Shown piece after piece: positions 11,890 to 24,749 of a stretch of DNA of 64,000 nucleotides (position 1 is its first letter; every line of letters begins with the position of its first letter). The notes below the pieces were generated by a model, which did not search any database, was not told the origin of the DNA, and was given only the letters and a program-made list of their open reading frames with translations. The stretch is from Paraspadella gotoi. Its lineage: Eukaryota > Animalia > Chaetognatha. The stretch lies in contig CM119269.1 in NCBI GenBank assembly GCA_051294375.1, positions 14,056,552 to 14,120,551 on the forward strand, in the 5' to 3' direction. The position numbers were made by a program, and so were the translations under genes.

Positions 11890-12979
11890 GTTCAGTAAAA
11901 TTAAATATGCTCGCGACGTTCCAATATCGATTTCAAATATAACCAGTTTTCGATCGATTTATTATAAACAAGATCGTGGCATTGTTATTACCAATTATAC
12001 TAAAGCAATGTATTTAGTATAATAAAAACTCCCCAAGCGAAGCGACGAAGCCCAGCTAAAAACTCACTTTCCCATGTGGCGATCGGACGAAGCGGCTGTC
12101 TATCGTCGGAGCCGAGCGGCGGCCGGCGATGTTTTCCAGGCGGTGGCGGCTTATTTGGGCCGAAGGGCGGCGGCGGGCGGCGCGGACCCGTTCCAGTTGA
12201 ACCTGCAGTGATGAGGAAGCCACTCCTGGCACTCGTCCCAGGGACAGGCGCAACGGGGAGACGGGCGTTGCACTCGGCAATCGCGGCAGGCGCATCCGTA
12301 ACCAGGCAGCCCCAGCGAACCGCATTCTATATCTATGAATAATTGCGATGGCGAAAATGAGGTGACGTAGTGAACTTTTTTTTTTGTACCCCAAGAAAAA
12401 CTTTACCAGAGTGATTCCGGTGATGAGGATGATGATGATGAGGATGATGTCCTCCGTGATGTCCCCCATGGTTGTCCCCCGTGATGTCCATGCTTCCCTC
12501 CGTGATGTCCTCCATGATGTCCCCCGTGATGTCCTCCATGATGAGGATGTGGTCTCGCGTCAAAGACGAAGTCAACGTTCCCGTCGGGTTGCGGCTCCGG
12601 TTCTGCTTGCGGCTCGCCTGCGGATGCCACTTAAGGCCGTCGCGTCCAATCTTGGAGTGTTCCACGTCTTCAAAGATGTGCGACGCGACCACTTTCGACT
12701 TCACTGTGAATGTTCGGATTTTTTTTAAAAACGAAGCTGGGGCAGCGATTAAAGTAATTTTTTAGCAGGTTCTTGATGTTTTATCGTGATTTTATCCCGT
12801 ACAATAGAAGGAATTAATATTAATACGTAAAATTCTAATATTTGAAACCTTTGAGGTTCGGAAGGTGGCTCTCATCTAATGCTGAGAAAAGAGGACGGAT
12901 CAACTGCGTATCAGATTTCGGCATCACATAACGGCCATCGTTAAAGCGACCAACAAAACGATTGGCGACCTAACGCCAT
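7839..12979 (-). CDS. Novel type I membrane protein: signal peptide, (GGHH)n His-rich tract, two 8-Cys modules, TM helix, short Tyr-motif tail (7 exons; 5' exons carry 1-bp indels in this copy)
   Basis: Exons splice in phase (5' exons read from the cleaner copy at 20747-22251): MALGSPIVLLVALTMAVMWMPKSDT...|ASFLKKSEQF...HHGGHHGGHH...|ECGSLGLPGYGCACRDC...|KCGKLGHSNPLCACKWGAC...GVFDD|INLDPELFENEAADDFSDGM|FLGDSDFDF...FLIGISVVLAVAIVVVFVVAVVRRRR...YVSL...DE|MRPSSPTLSVKSGAGLIQNEKSAYEI*. Confidence 0.72.
8531..11421 (-). mobile_element. Non-autonomous Helentron/DINE-1-like element(s) in the long intron
   Basis: On the minus strand the 5' end TTTTTAGTCGGATCTGC..CCCGACT forms a stem-loop and is followed by GTCC/GTCG microsatellite (copies ending ~10604 and ~11421). 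An inverted copy of the 11-mer GTCGGATCTGC lies at 8551-8561, next to a ...CTTGTT end at 8531. Internal sub-repeats occur at ~9170, ~10810 and ~10995. Confidence 0.5.
8630..9100. repeat. ~21-bp minisatellite (AACTTGCATAATTTTTTC-like), about 20 degenerate copies
   Basis: Directly visible tandem array; it generates the spurious ORF 8902-9111 (FFNLHN)n. Confidence 0.95.
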
Positions 12980-15476
12980 CTTCACCTTGAAGCCCGAATG
13001 AGAACGAAATAGAATAGATTATTATCAATTAGACCGGAGTTTTTACAGTTTAAGATTTGTCAAAGATTCAGACAATTTTTTAACAGTAGATTGATTCATC
13101 TAGTAATAAATATTCAGCTTTGCCTCATAAATTTATGCAGAGACCGTTCGTTCAAACTCAAAAGATATCACATACCTCAATAGAAAAGTTCGATTTTTCA
13201 AAAAAATGTTTTCCTTTTGTTGCTGGGCTGAAAGACAATCGTCGCTGTTTTCAATTTATGACAGAATAAAGAAATCTACATATGAAATGTACATAGAAAA
13301 TCCGAGGAATAATTTTATTTCAGGTGGTTGAAATCATATGTTAAAGTTGTTTATATTTTATGAAACGATGAGGCAATGTTTTGTGATGCGTAACTAGTTT
13401 TAAGTCAGCTAATACATAATCTATCATTGGCTCAATTTCCAACAGACAGTCGGTCCAGCTTTAGATGAACTTACCTTCAGAAGTTGGGAAAGAGTTGAAT
13501 GCTTAACGCAAAACTCTTCTTGAACTATTTAAAATAAAATAAATACTTTAAAAATCAATTCGTTTATAAAATGTCAACAAGTAGAAATAATATGTATGTT
13601 TTAGCAAAGTATCATGAATTTAAACTCACCGAAAATCCTCGATTTCAATAAAATTCGAATATAAAATAGATTCGAAACGTCATTAACTCCATTCTCAAAG
13701 CGCCTTACGTCACCTCCGCTGAAAACCGGTTTCCTAACTAAAAGTTAAAAAGAGTTTCTTCTGAAGGATTATAATGTATCTGTAGTCAGTAGTGTCTTTT
13801 TTTTTTTTTTGAAAAAGAAGAAAGAAAAGAGCATGACATCAATATCAGATTCATATGAGGAATTAAATATTAATAAAATAATAAATATTATATATGTACA
13901 TTTTGAATAATATATAACATTTTTATAAAGTTTTTAAATTTTTTTCTTGAATTTTGCTTGCCACTGTACATAAAATGAAAAAAAATTCAAAAATATTTTA
14001 ATATCCTGGTTAACTTTTAGCGGCGATTCTACTTATACTAATAGCCAAATAATGCTTATATCAATAAAGGCCTATGCAGCACGAAAGTCGATAATAAGTT
14101 TATAACAATTGAATCCAGATTCCCGAGGGAAAAAAGCAGCCTGCTCGGCGAGCATGGCTCGCCATTATCTTGACTTTGTGACCATTGTCTATAGGTCATC
14201 TTAATGACTAAGGTCAATTCGAGTCGCCGAATTATTTCATTTCATTGAAACTTCAAATATATAAACTTAATAATTAATATACACTATAATACTTAGTTAG
14301 TATTATTATTATTATACCTTATCATTATCAATAAAAACTTATTACTTTTCTTAGTATTAAGCAATTCGTAGTGGATTTACAAGAGCCCCCCAATATTTCG
14401 ATTCAAATGGACGAGTCATTTTTCAATCCATCACTAGTGAAACAACATATTGCTTTTTATTGGCAAAAATAATTGCTTAATATTAATTTACAAATTCCTG
14501 TGAATATGATGTCTCTTCTACAATTGTCACTTTTATTCTCATTAGTAATTCTATATCCTTATTTATATAACCAAGTCATACAACTAATCCATGCATATAC
14601 AATTATAATGCATATATAATTCAAATAAACAAGTTATAAACTGTCTTGCATTCTGACTTTGAAAACTTATAGAGCATTGAGTACCTTATTAACTAATTTG
14701 ACTACTGAACTAAATGACTAATTTAATTAATTTAACTAATTTGACTAATTAACGTCTAAGAGCAACAGGAAAAAATTCATATTATCATTATGATTTTGAA
14801 AAGCTTGAATATCGCTTGATAAAGAGAAAGTAATAATACTACTATACCAAAAGCTTGCTAAATAAAAAAATTAATACAAGAAAATGTTAGTTTATTTTTC
14901 GCCAAGAAGTTATGAAACAATTTTACCGGATTTGAAAAAAAACTAAAACCATTTAAAACATTGACTTGATGTCGAAAATAGAAAATAGACAACTGACAAG
15001 ATTTTATGTTGGGAAAGTATAAGCTTTGAAACAACACCAACGATGTTACACTTGGAAAGGCCATGGAAAGATTGTAATGTTCAATAGCATTATTATTATA
15101 AGTGTAGTTTATATTAAAGGAATTCTCAATAAATAAAATTTAATTAGAATAATAATAGAAAAAAATACAATAAAAATACGTAAAAATGTGAAAAAAATTT
15201 AAGTTCAAGCTTAATAAGGGACATTTCACTGCTCAGTATTAAATAATGAAATATTAAAGGTCAAACCGGTTCAAAAATATCAAAATTACTTAAATATATA
15301 TATACGTATCAACTTATAACGTATTTAAACATCCCAACAACAATTATAGAATTAGCCTAGAGCTTTTAGTCACTACCGCTACGAGTTTTTCTCTTCTTTT
15401 TCTACCGAACGATCTCGTGGCTTCCTTTATCCACAATTGACATTGTTGGCGAGTCATTTGTTATGCTATCTCAATG

Positions 15477-18400
15477 TCAAAAAAAACCAGATCGGCGAAG
15501 GGATCGTTGGCTTCGTTTCAGCGTATTTCTTCTCGCGCGCCGGAGTTTCGGCAGAGTCGGCGGCTTCGGCAACGTCAGCGGTTTCCGAGTTGGCGTCGGC
15601 GGCAACGCGGACGCGATGGGCGTTCTTGCGTCGTCGTCGTCGAGACGCTGGATCCCATCAAATTCCACTCTTCCAGAAGACGTTCGTCATCTGCTTTAAG
15701 CCTCGACGTACCAACTCCGTAAGTTGAAGAGGCGTTCATCGCGGAAGAAGAGTTGTCTTCTGCCCAAAATGCGGTATTCGTCTGCCGCCATGACTGAGGC
15801 CTGCTGTTGCGGCTGCGGAAAAAGAAAAGAAGACTGCGCAAAGAGAGAATTGTTGTTTCCGGATAGGCGGTTCAAGGCGGGTCGACCGTCTCGGGCGGAC
15901 TAGAAGTGCAGACTCTTCGAAGGGCCGAGTGAGAGGAGAGAGACGAAGTGATCGCCGGTGAGTAAACCGAAGCGGATCTCGGAGGAACGACCGTCCCCGC
16001 GTTGTATAATGGATTTGCAAAATTCCTTCCCGGCAATGAACCGTCCGTCCCTCGATAGAGAGGATTGAGAAAGTTTTTTCCCGCAATTGAGATGTAGACG
16101 AAGACGAATCGGTTCTAGCCACGAGACGATCGACAGCGGATCCAGAAGCCAAAGGATCGAAGTCGGCCGTGGTGAGACTCGCGAGGGATTTGGAGGCATT
16201 GGCCAGCGCAGTTTCTTCGGCGCCAAAGCTAATAAGTTCGACCGGGTGTTCGCCCGACCGTCCAGGAACGACGCTATCTGGTAATTCGGGCGTCTGCGTC
16301 AATGATCCGGTCCTTTTGCGACGCGGCGGAGGAACGGGCGCAGAGATACCTGGAATTAGAACTTCCTGCGGCTGTTCATCTCTATTTTGCGGCTGCTGTT
16401 GTTGCTGCTCCATTCACGGTTCTTCATTGATGTTCGTTTGGTGGAATCTTGGGTTTATCGTCGGCGTTGACGTTTCCGACATCGATCAAACCAACTATGT
16501 CGGGATCATCGATGAGGTGTAAGCCGACTCGAGAAACGAATCCCCAGACGGAAGTGGTGGTCGCAGTGGGCGTGGCGTTGGGCTTTCACGCTGGTAGAGG
16601 AATTGACGACGTCCTTCTCCGCCTCATCATAACTCTCTTCGCCCTCAGCATCGTTGCAATCATCGTCATCATCGTCGAAGAGAACATCGTACTTGCGTGT
16701 TTCTTTTATCGATTCTTCCGTCGTGTCACCGCGGTGAGTTGAGAACGCTCCGAGGATGATGCTAGGTTGGCGCTTCGCGGGCGTAGATCCTCTTGGGAAG
16801 AGAAAGCGGCCTGACGGTGTGGTCGCGTGGCGACGTAGCTGGTAGCCGGACGAGGAGGACGCAGGACCGGGAGTTTGGGCAGAATTGGTTGAGCGCGGAG
16901 AACCGAGGCCAGTCTCTCTAAACTGCCGCCGCTGCCTCCCGACGAGCGACCGTCCTTAATTTCCTTGGCCGAATTACGGAACCGTCTCATTAGGAGATGA
17001 TCGTCGAAACCTCCCTTGACCGTTGAGTTAATTCCTTGACTTTTCCTTTCAGCTTTTGCCCGCTCTTGGCGCCCGCTTGGCGAACGCCCTTGCCCGCGCG
17101 CCTTGAGACGGCGACCAAGACTCTTTCCGTTGGACTTGAGCCACGCCTGATATCGATCCTCCAGCTTTGTGTCCAATCTCGAAGGCAGAACATTCGCGCT
17201 CGAAGACGTCGCGCTCGTCGCAAATCCGTCGCCCAGGTTGAGCATGTCGAGGCGGCCCTCGACGAACTGGCGAAAGATCTGAAGGTGAAGAAGGACTCGA
17301 GGAAGGGTCGGACGTCCGATGGTCGCGAGGCGAGGAAGGCCGCGTCGTCGAACTCGATCTCACTGTCGCGGACGAAACGTCAGCGCCTCTCGGTATCCGC
17401 CGATGAGAGTGACTGTGGCGCGGAGAAAGGCGCGAGCGATCACGTCACCGCCTGCGTAAGAGTTTTTGAGTCTCTTGCGGAGGTCGACGGCGACGACGTC
17501 GGGCAGAGACGCGCATCCTCGTATTCCGATTCCACGAGATTCCGATCGAGGTCGACGACGACGGCGTCGCCCAACATCGCCGTCGAATTCTTGATGCGCG
17601 TCTCGAAGAGGCGAGTCTCCACGCCGATGAGAAAGGGGATCGGGCTGAGACGTAGTCGACCAGCGACTCGGGCAGAAGTGGGATTAGAATGTGCTGCAGT
17701 GCATGGGGTAGATGAGGATTCGGCGGCGAAGACGCAAGCGGTGAGTTTTCGGAGACTTTTGCAGACGAAAAGGAGGCGCCGTTCGTGCAGCATTGCAGCA
17801 AAGATGGCGACCATGTGACGAGTTTCAAGCGAATAGTATTGCGTCATGTTGGGATCGGCCGGAACGGCTGGGGAGACGGTTTCGCGGGTCCGGCGCCCTG
17901 AGGGAAAAAGCCTCCTCGCCAACGAAGAATTGTTCCTCGACATCTGGCGGCAGAGGTGGATATTCATAGAGGCGACGTAAAAGTTCGAAGGCGTCGTCAT
18001 TCCCACCATTGTTGCGGTTACGGAGCTCAGCGATTGCGTCCAAAAGTTTGGGGAAAGCGTCGTGCCAAGGTAAGAAGGTGACGAGAGAGCGACTCGCGCA
18101 TCCCCGCTCACGGACGAACCGACGGCAGAACCCAACATTAGAATCCCGTCCACGCCCGTCTTGACAAAGGTGTAGGTGCTGGACAGCGACAGGAGATCCC
18201 TCGTCCGGCGCCGTTCCAGCGAAGGCGTTGACGGGAAAGCGAATGAAGGAGCAGCCTGAGAACGTCTTCGTCGTCGTAGTCGGAAGGGAATCTGCTGAGA
18301 TCCGTGATGGTGGCTGTGAATGAGTTGTTGAAGTCTCCAGCGATATTTCGAGAAAGACCTCGAAATGGCGGCGGACATCGGCTTGAAGTCGTGAGCCTCT

Positions 18401-18480
18401 GATGACTCTCGAACGACGACCGTCGACAGCGCATGTTTTTGACGAGGGTGCGATTATAACGGGCTCGGTTCGGCGGGCAT
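15477..18480 (-). pseudogene. DENND1: Frameshifted duplicate of DENND1 (probably an uncorrected-read artefact rather than a true pseudogene)
   Basis: Same sequence as 24750-27779 but broken into fragments by many 1-3 bp deletions, with few substitutions. Confidence 0.7.
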
Positions 18481-19247
18481 CTCGGCCTAGGACGCCGTCG
18501 CCTCGATATAGCCCTTAGTAAAAGAGTGCCATCGCGTCACAACAAACTTCAAAGGGCGCGGTGTTTTGCGGCGAGTACAGTATTACATTTTTTGAAGAAC
18601 TTCACTCATTTTGATCATTTCCATTCAGATCCTATATTAAAATTAATTAGAAAAGACTCGAGTCAAATTTTTAACATGTGGTAAAATATAAAATGGTGAA
18701 TCATAATGCCTTCATTAATAATTAAAACGCCCACTCTTGAAAAAAAAATATTAGAGATTTTAACCACATCTTTATTTTAAAATCATAAAAGCTTTTATTA
18801 TGACTAGCACTTCAGAGGGAAAATTTATTCTGTTAAGATTATCAACATAGTCAATTTTATATGACATAAACATTGAGTAGAGAAACCTGCTGAACATACC
18901 AGTAAAAAAATTTATATTCCTTAATACGGCCATAACAATATGTTTCTTTTACATTTTATTGCTCGATTCGGTCCCATCGCTAAGAATTGTCTTGTCGCTA
19001 GGCAACCCGAATAACATTGTCAAACGTCAAACGTTGAAAAAATATTGTCCGAAAATTATGTTTTGATTTGAATCAATCTAAGAAAATTTAACTACACTTT
19101 TTTATAATCTATTTGTAATACAATATATGCAATATCTTTCGTTTTTTTAATTTTGTGTGTATCGCTTTCCCCGCCCTTTTCGAAAATATGGGGTTACTTT
19201 TTTGCAAGTAATAGTTTTGAGATGGACCCATCGCGTAAATATGAAAC

Positions 19248-20280
19248 ATGTCCAAAACTTAGAGAATCAACATCAGGTGTTACCAAAACCAACACCAACG
19301 CGAAAGATCTTCAACCTAAGTAAGTCAGACATTTTTCATCGTTGTCAGTTTAGTATGAGTGAATTAAAATTAGTATTTTTAGAGAGCGCTTTCGTTCGAG
19401 GGAGCGCGAACGTTTCAACAAATGAAATTTCTAAAGGTGCTTACACGGTATTCCAGCCAAACGAAAAAAAGCGAGCGGCGATTTTACGTCAGGCACGGAA
19501 ACCATACTCATCAACACAATGCCTAATCAATCCTTAATCAAAGTTTACTAATTCCAGGCCAAGGAGAGAGGAAATTTCTTACGAAAAACATAAGCAATCG
19601 AGAAGACTTGGATCAATTATCGAAACACCTCGTCGCCTTGGAGGTGGAATATCAGATATAAATGGTGTGTTATCTTCAGAAATTCCCTATCTGATGTTAA
19701 ACTGATCCTCATTCATGTTTTTTGAAGAGGGCGCGATTAGACAGCAGCGCGAGTCGAGTCGTGGCCCTAACCTCGCAGCTCAAAGGGCGGCGCGAATTGG
19801 AGAGACTGAGAGAAAAGAAGAAGAGCTCGAGTATAGTCGCAAGAAAGAGGAAGCAAGAAAGAAGGCTAAGGAAAATGACAAAAAGAAGACAGGAATGGGG
19901 TCTGCACCTAACGCCGAAGAACTAAGAAGAAGAAGACTTGAGCATTTTAGGAATTTGATTCCGACATTTATTAATTAATACTATTTATAATTTTATATAC
20001 AGAAATTGTTTTTGAGGCTTAGCACGCCGCGCCATGCAGTTGCCTTTTTCTAGAGAGCGCAATGCAAAAAACTTGAGAAGCCTATGAAATCGAAATGAAG
20101 CAAAAGGCAAAGCGGAAGGAACGCTGATAGTGTCGCTGGAACGAAAACCTTCAAAGACGACAGCGACGACGCCCATGGCAGAATCGGTGCGAGTCATCTG
20201 TCGCGCGGCGTCCCTCAACACCGAGAGCGCAAACTTGGATGCAAGGAAGTCCTCAAGATGGACAGTGAAATCGCGTTCAG
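19248..20280 (+). pseudogene. Indel-containing duplicate of the EPSTI1-like gene plus orphan KIF17 exon 1
   Basis: Collinear with 28542-29570; the KIF17 exon-1 copy ([10 protein letters not shown]..., from ~20175) has no downstream exons in this copy. Confidence 0.7.
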
Positions 20281-20746
20281 GTTAGTCTCAACTCGCGTAT
20301 GTCAGGTTATGTTGTACTGGGAAATGAAATTTGCAACTTGCTAACGTATCTAAATACATTTGTATTTGGCGTAAATGAAAAGCGAAAAATGCAATAAAAA
20401 TGGATACCAATGCGTTTTTGCAGAAAAACAAGCGGTGAATATCAGTGTATCGCATATCATTAGGGAAAGTTGTTAGCTGTAGTAGTAGTTCTTTTTATAA
20501 TAGCTTTTTTGCGCTTTTATCCACAGAACGATTCGTTCGATACTCGGTGAGTTTACCACAGGTTTCGGATTCCATTTGCATTTTCAGCCCGCTCTAGGAT
20601 AGTGCTGCCTTTTTTGCTCGACTTGACATGGCTACTGTTGCTACTTAATCGTTGTTAATCGAAACTATTTACATATACATACCTGCCCGTGAGCCAATCA
20701 CTAACACGATAAGTTGATCTCCTATAATACGTAACTTAAGACTTAC

Positions 20747-20982
20747 TATCGTCAAAGACGCCGGGCAAGAGTTGGAAGCAAAACTTTGGTCGATCGTGCA
20801 AGCATGCGCCCCAGCGGCAGTTGCAGGTCGGCGATTGCCGGCGGAGCTCCTTGCACGCGCCCCATTTGCACGCACACAATGGATTTGAATGTCCCAATTT
20901 TCCGCATTCTATTAGAGAGAGAAAGAGAGAAAGAAAAAAAAAGGAAAGAAGAAGAAAGAAAGGAAAGAAAGAAAGAAAGAAA

Positions 20983-21018
<36 letters not shown>

Positions 21019-21076
21019 AAAAAAGAAAGAAAGGAAGAAGAAAGAAGAAAAAAAGAAGGAAAAGAAAGAAAGAAAG

Positions 21077-21153
<77 letters not shown>

Positions 21154-22251
21154 AATAGTTCAGTAAAATTAAATATGCTCGCGACGTTCCAATATCGATT
21201 TCAAATATAACCAGTTTTCGATCGATTTATTATAAACAAGATCGTGGCATTGTTATTACCAATTATACTAAAGCAATGTATTTAGTATAATAAAAACTCC
21301 CCAAGCGAAGCGACGAAGCCCAGCTAAAAAACTCACTTTCCCATGTGGCGATCGGACGAAGCGGCTGTCTATCGTCGGAGCCGAGCGGCGGCCGGCGATG
21401 TTTTCCAGGCGGTGGCGGCTTATTTGGGCCGAAGGGCGGCGGCGGCGGCGCGGACCCGTTCCAGTTGAACCTGCAGTGATGAGGAAGCCACTCCTGGCAC
21501 TCGTCCCAGGGACAGGCGCAACGGGGAGACGGGCGTTGCACTCGGCAATCGCGGCAGGCGCATCCGTAACCAGGCAGCCCCAGCGAACCGCATTCTATAT
21601 CTATGAATAATTGCGATGGCGAAAATGAGGTGACGTAGTGAACTTTTTTTTTTGTACCCCAAGAAAAACTTTACCAGAGTGATTCCGGTGATGAGGATGA
21701 TGATGATGAGGATGATGTCCTCCGTGATGTCCCCCATGGTGTCCCCCGTGATGTCCATGCTTCCCTCCGTGATGTCCTCCATGATGTCCCCCGTGATGTC
21801 CTCCATGATGAGGATGTGGTCTCGCGTCAAAGACGAAGTCAACGTTCCCGTCGGGTTGCGGCTCCGGTTCTGCTTGCGGCTCCGCCTGCGGATGCCACTT
21901 AAGGCCGTCGCGTCCAATCTTGGAGTTTTCCACGTCTTCAAAGATGTGCGACGCGACCACTTTCGACTTCACTGTGAATTGTTCGGATTTTTTTAAAAAC
22001 GAAGCTGGGGCAGCGATTAAAGTAATTTTTTTAGCAGGTTCTTGATGTTTTATTCGTGATTTTATCCCGTACAATAGAAGGAATTAATATTAATACGTAA
22101 AATTCTAATATTTGAAACCTTTGAGGTTCGGAAGGTGGCTCTCATCTAATGCTGAGAAAAGAGGACGGATCAACTGCGTATCAGATTTCGGCATCCACAT
22201 AACGGCCATCGTTAAAGCGACCAACAAAACGATTGGCGACCCTAACGCCAT
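20747..22251 (-). CDS. Second (cleaner, 3'-truncated) copy of exons 1-4 of the His/Cys-rich membrane protein
   Basis: ATG 22251; four intact in-phase exons (signal peptide, His tract, Cys module 1, Cys module 2). The duplication junction at 20729 cuts it off from the TM exons. Confidence 0.75.
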
Positions 22252-24749
22252 CTTCACCTTGAAGCCCGAATGAGAACGAAATAGAATAGATTATTATCAA
22301 TTAGACCGGAGTTTTTACAGTTTAAGATTTGTCAAAGATTCAGACAATTTTTTAACAGTAGATTGATTCATCTAGTAATAAATATTCAGCTTTGCCTCAT
22401 AAATTTATGCAGAGACCGTTCGTTCAAACTCAAAAGATATCACATACCTCAATAGAAAAGTTCGATTTTTCAAAAAAAGTTTTTCCTTTTGTTGCTGGGC
22501 TGAAAGACAATCGCGTGTTTTCAATTTTATGACAGAATAAAGAAATCTACATATGAAATGTACATAGAAAATCCGAGGAATAATTTTATTTCAGGTGGTT
22601 GAAATCATATGTTAAAGTTGTTATATTTTATGAAACGATGAGGCCAATGTTTTGTGATGCGTAACTAGTTTTAAGTCAGCTAATACATAATCTATCATTG
22701 GCTCAATTTCCAACAGACAGTCGGTCCAGCTTTAGATGAACTTACCTTCAGAAGTTGGGAAAGAGTTGAATGCTTAACGCAAAACTCTTCTTGAACTATT
22801 TAAAATAAAATAAATACTTTAAAAATCAATTCGTTTATAAAATGTCAACAAGTAGAATTAATATGTATGTTTTAGCAAAGTATCATGAATTTAAACTCAC
22901 CGAAAATCCTCGATTTCAATAAAATTCGAATATAAAATAGATTCGAAACGTCATTAACTCCATTCTCAAAGCGCCTTACGTCACCTCCGCTGAAAACCGG
23001 TTTCCTAACTAAAAGTAAAAAAGGAGTTTCTTCTGGAAGGATTATAATGTATCTGTAGTCAGTAGTGTCTTTTTTTTTTTTTTGAAAAAGAAGAAAGAAA
23101 AGAGCATGACATCAATATCAGATTCATATGAGGAATTAAATATTAATAAAATAATAAATATATAATATGTACATTATGAATAATATATAACATTTTTTTA
23201 TAAGTTTTTAAATTTTTTTCTTGAATTTTGCTTGCCACTGTACATAAAATTAAACAAAATTCAAAAATATTTTAATATCCTGGTTAACTTTTAGCAGCGA
23301 TTCTACTTATACTTATAGCAAATAATGCTTATATCAATAAAGGCCTATGCAGCACGAAAGTCGATAATAAGTTTATAACAATTGAATCCAGATTCCCGAG
23401 GGAAAAAAGCAAGCCTGCTCGGCGAGCAGTGCTCGCCATTATCTTGACTTTGTGACCATTGTCTATAGGTCATCTTAATGACTAAGGTCAATTCGAGTCG
23501 CCGAATTATTTCATTTCATTGAAACTTCAAATATATAAACTTAATAATTAATATACACTATAATACTTAGTATTATTATTATTATACCTTATCATTATCA
23601 ATAAAAACTTATTACTTTTCTTAGTATTAAGCAATTCGTAGTGGGATTTACAAGAGCCCCCCAATATTTCGATTCAAATGGACGAGTCATTTTTCAATCC
23701 ATCACTAGTGAAACAACATATTGCTTTTTATTGGCAAAAATAATTGCTTAATATTAATTTACAAATTCCTGTGAATATGATGTCTCTTCTACAATTGTCA
23801 CTTTTATTCTCATTAGTAATTCTATATCCTTATTTATATAACCAAGTCATACAACTAATCCATGCATATACAATTATAATGCATATATAATTCAAATAAA
23901 CAAGTTATAAACTGTCTTGCATTCTGACTTTGAAAACCTTATAGAGCATTGAGTACCTTATTAACTAATTTGACTACTGAACTAAATTGACTAATTTAAT
24001 TAATTTAACTAATTTGACTAATTAACGTCTAAGAGCAACAGGAAAAAATTCATATTATCATTATGATTTTGAAAAGCTTGAATATCGCTTGATAAAGAGA
24101 AAGTAAATACTACTATACCAAAAGCTTGCTAAATAAAAAAATTAATACAAGAAAATGTTAGTTTATTTTTCGCCAAGAAGTTATGAAACAATTTTACCGG
24201 ATTTGAAAAAAAACTAAAACCATTTAAAGCATTGACTTGATGTCGAAAATAGAAAATAGACAACTGACAAGATTTTTATGTTGGGAAAGTATAAGCTTTG
24301 AAACAACACCAACGATGTTACACTTGGAAAGGCCATGGAAAGATTGTAATGTTCAATAGCATTATTATTATAAGTGTAGTTTATATTAAAGGAATTCTCA
24401 ATAAATAAAATTTAATTAGAATAATAATAGAAAGAATACAATAAAGATACGTAAAAATGTGAAAAAATTTAAGTTCAAAGCTTAATAAGGGACATTTCAC
24501 TGCTCAGTATTAAATAATGAAATATTAAAGGTCAAACCGGTTCAAAAATATCAAAATTACTTAAATATATATATACGTATCAACTTTTATAACGTATTTA
24601 AACATCCCAACAACAATTATAAGAATTAGCCTAGAGCTTTTAGTCACTACCGCTACGAGTTTTTCTCTTCTTTTCTACCGAACGATCTCGTGGCTTCCTT
24701 TATCCACAATTGACATTGTTGGCGAGTCATTTGTTATGCTATCTCAATG

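Noticed and set aside
11587-11942. Lys/Glu/Arg-rich ORFs (also 20786-21210, 6932-7179, 46519-46719, 47744-47965)
   Set aside because: Read-through of (AAAG)n/(AG)n microsatellites in introns, mostly antisense to real genes.
12384-12765. Met-rich ORFs (MMSSVMSPM...; also 21652-21996)
   Set aside because: Antisense shadow of the His-rich exon.
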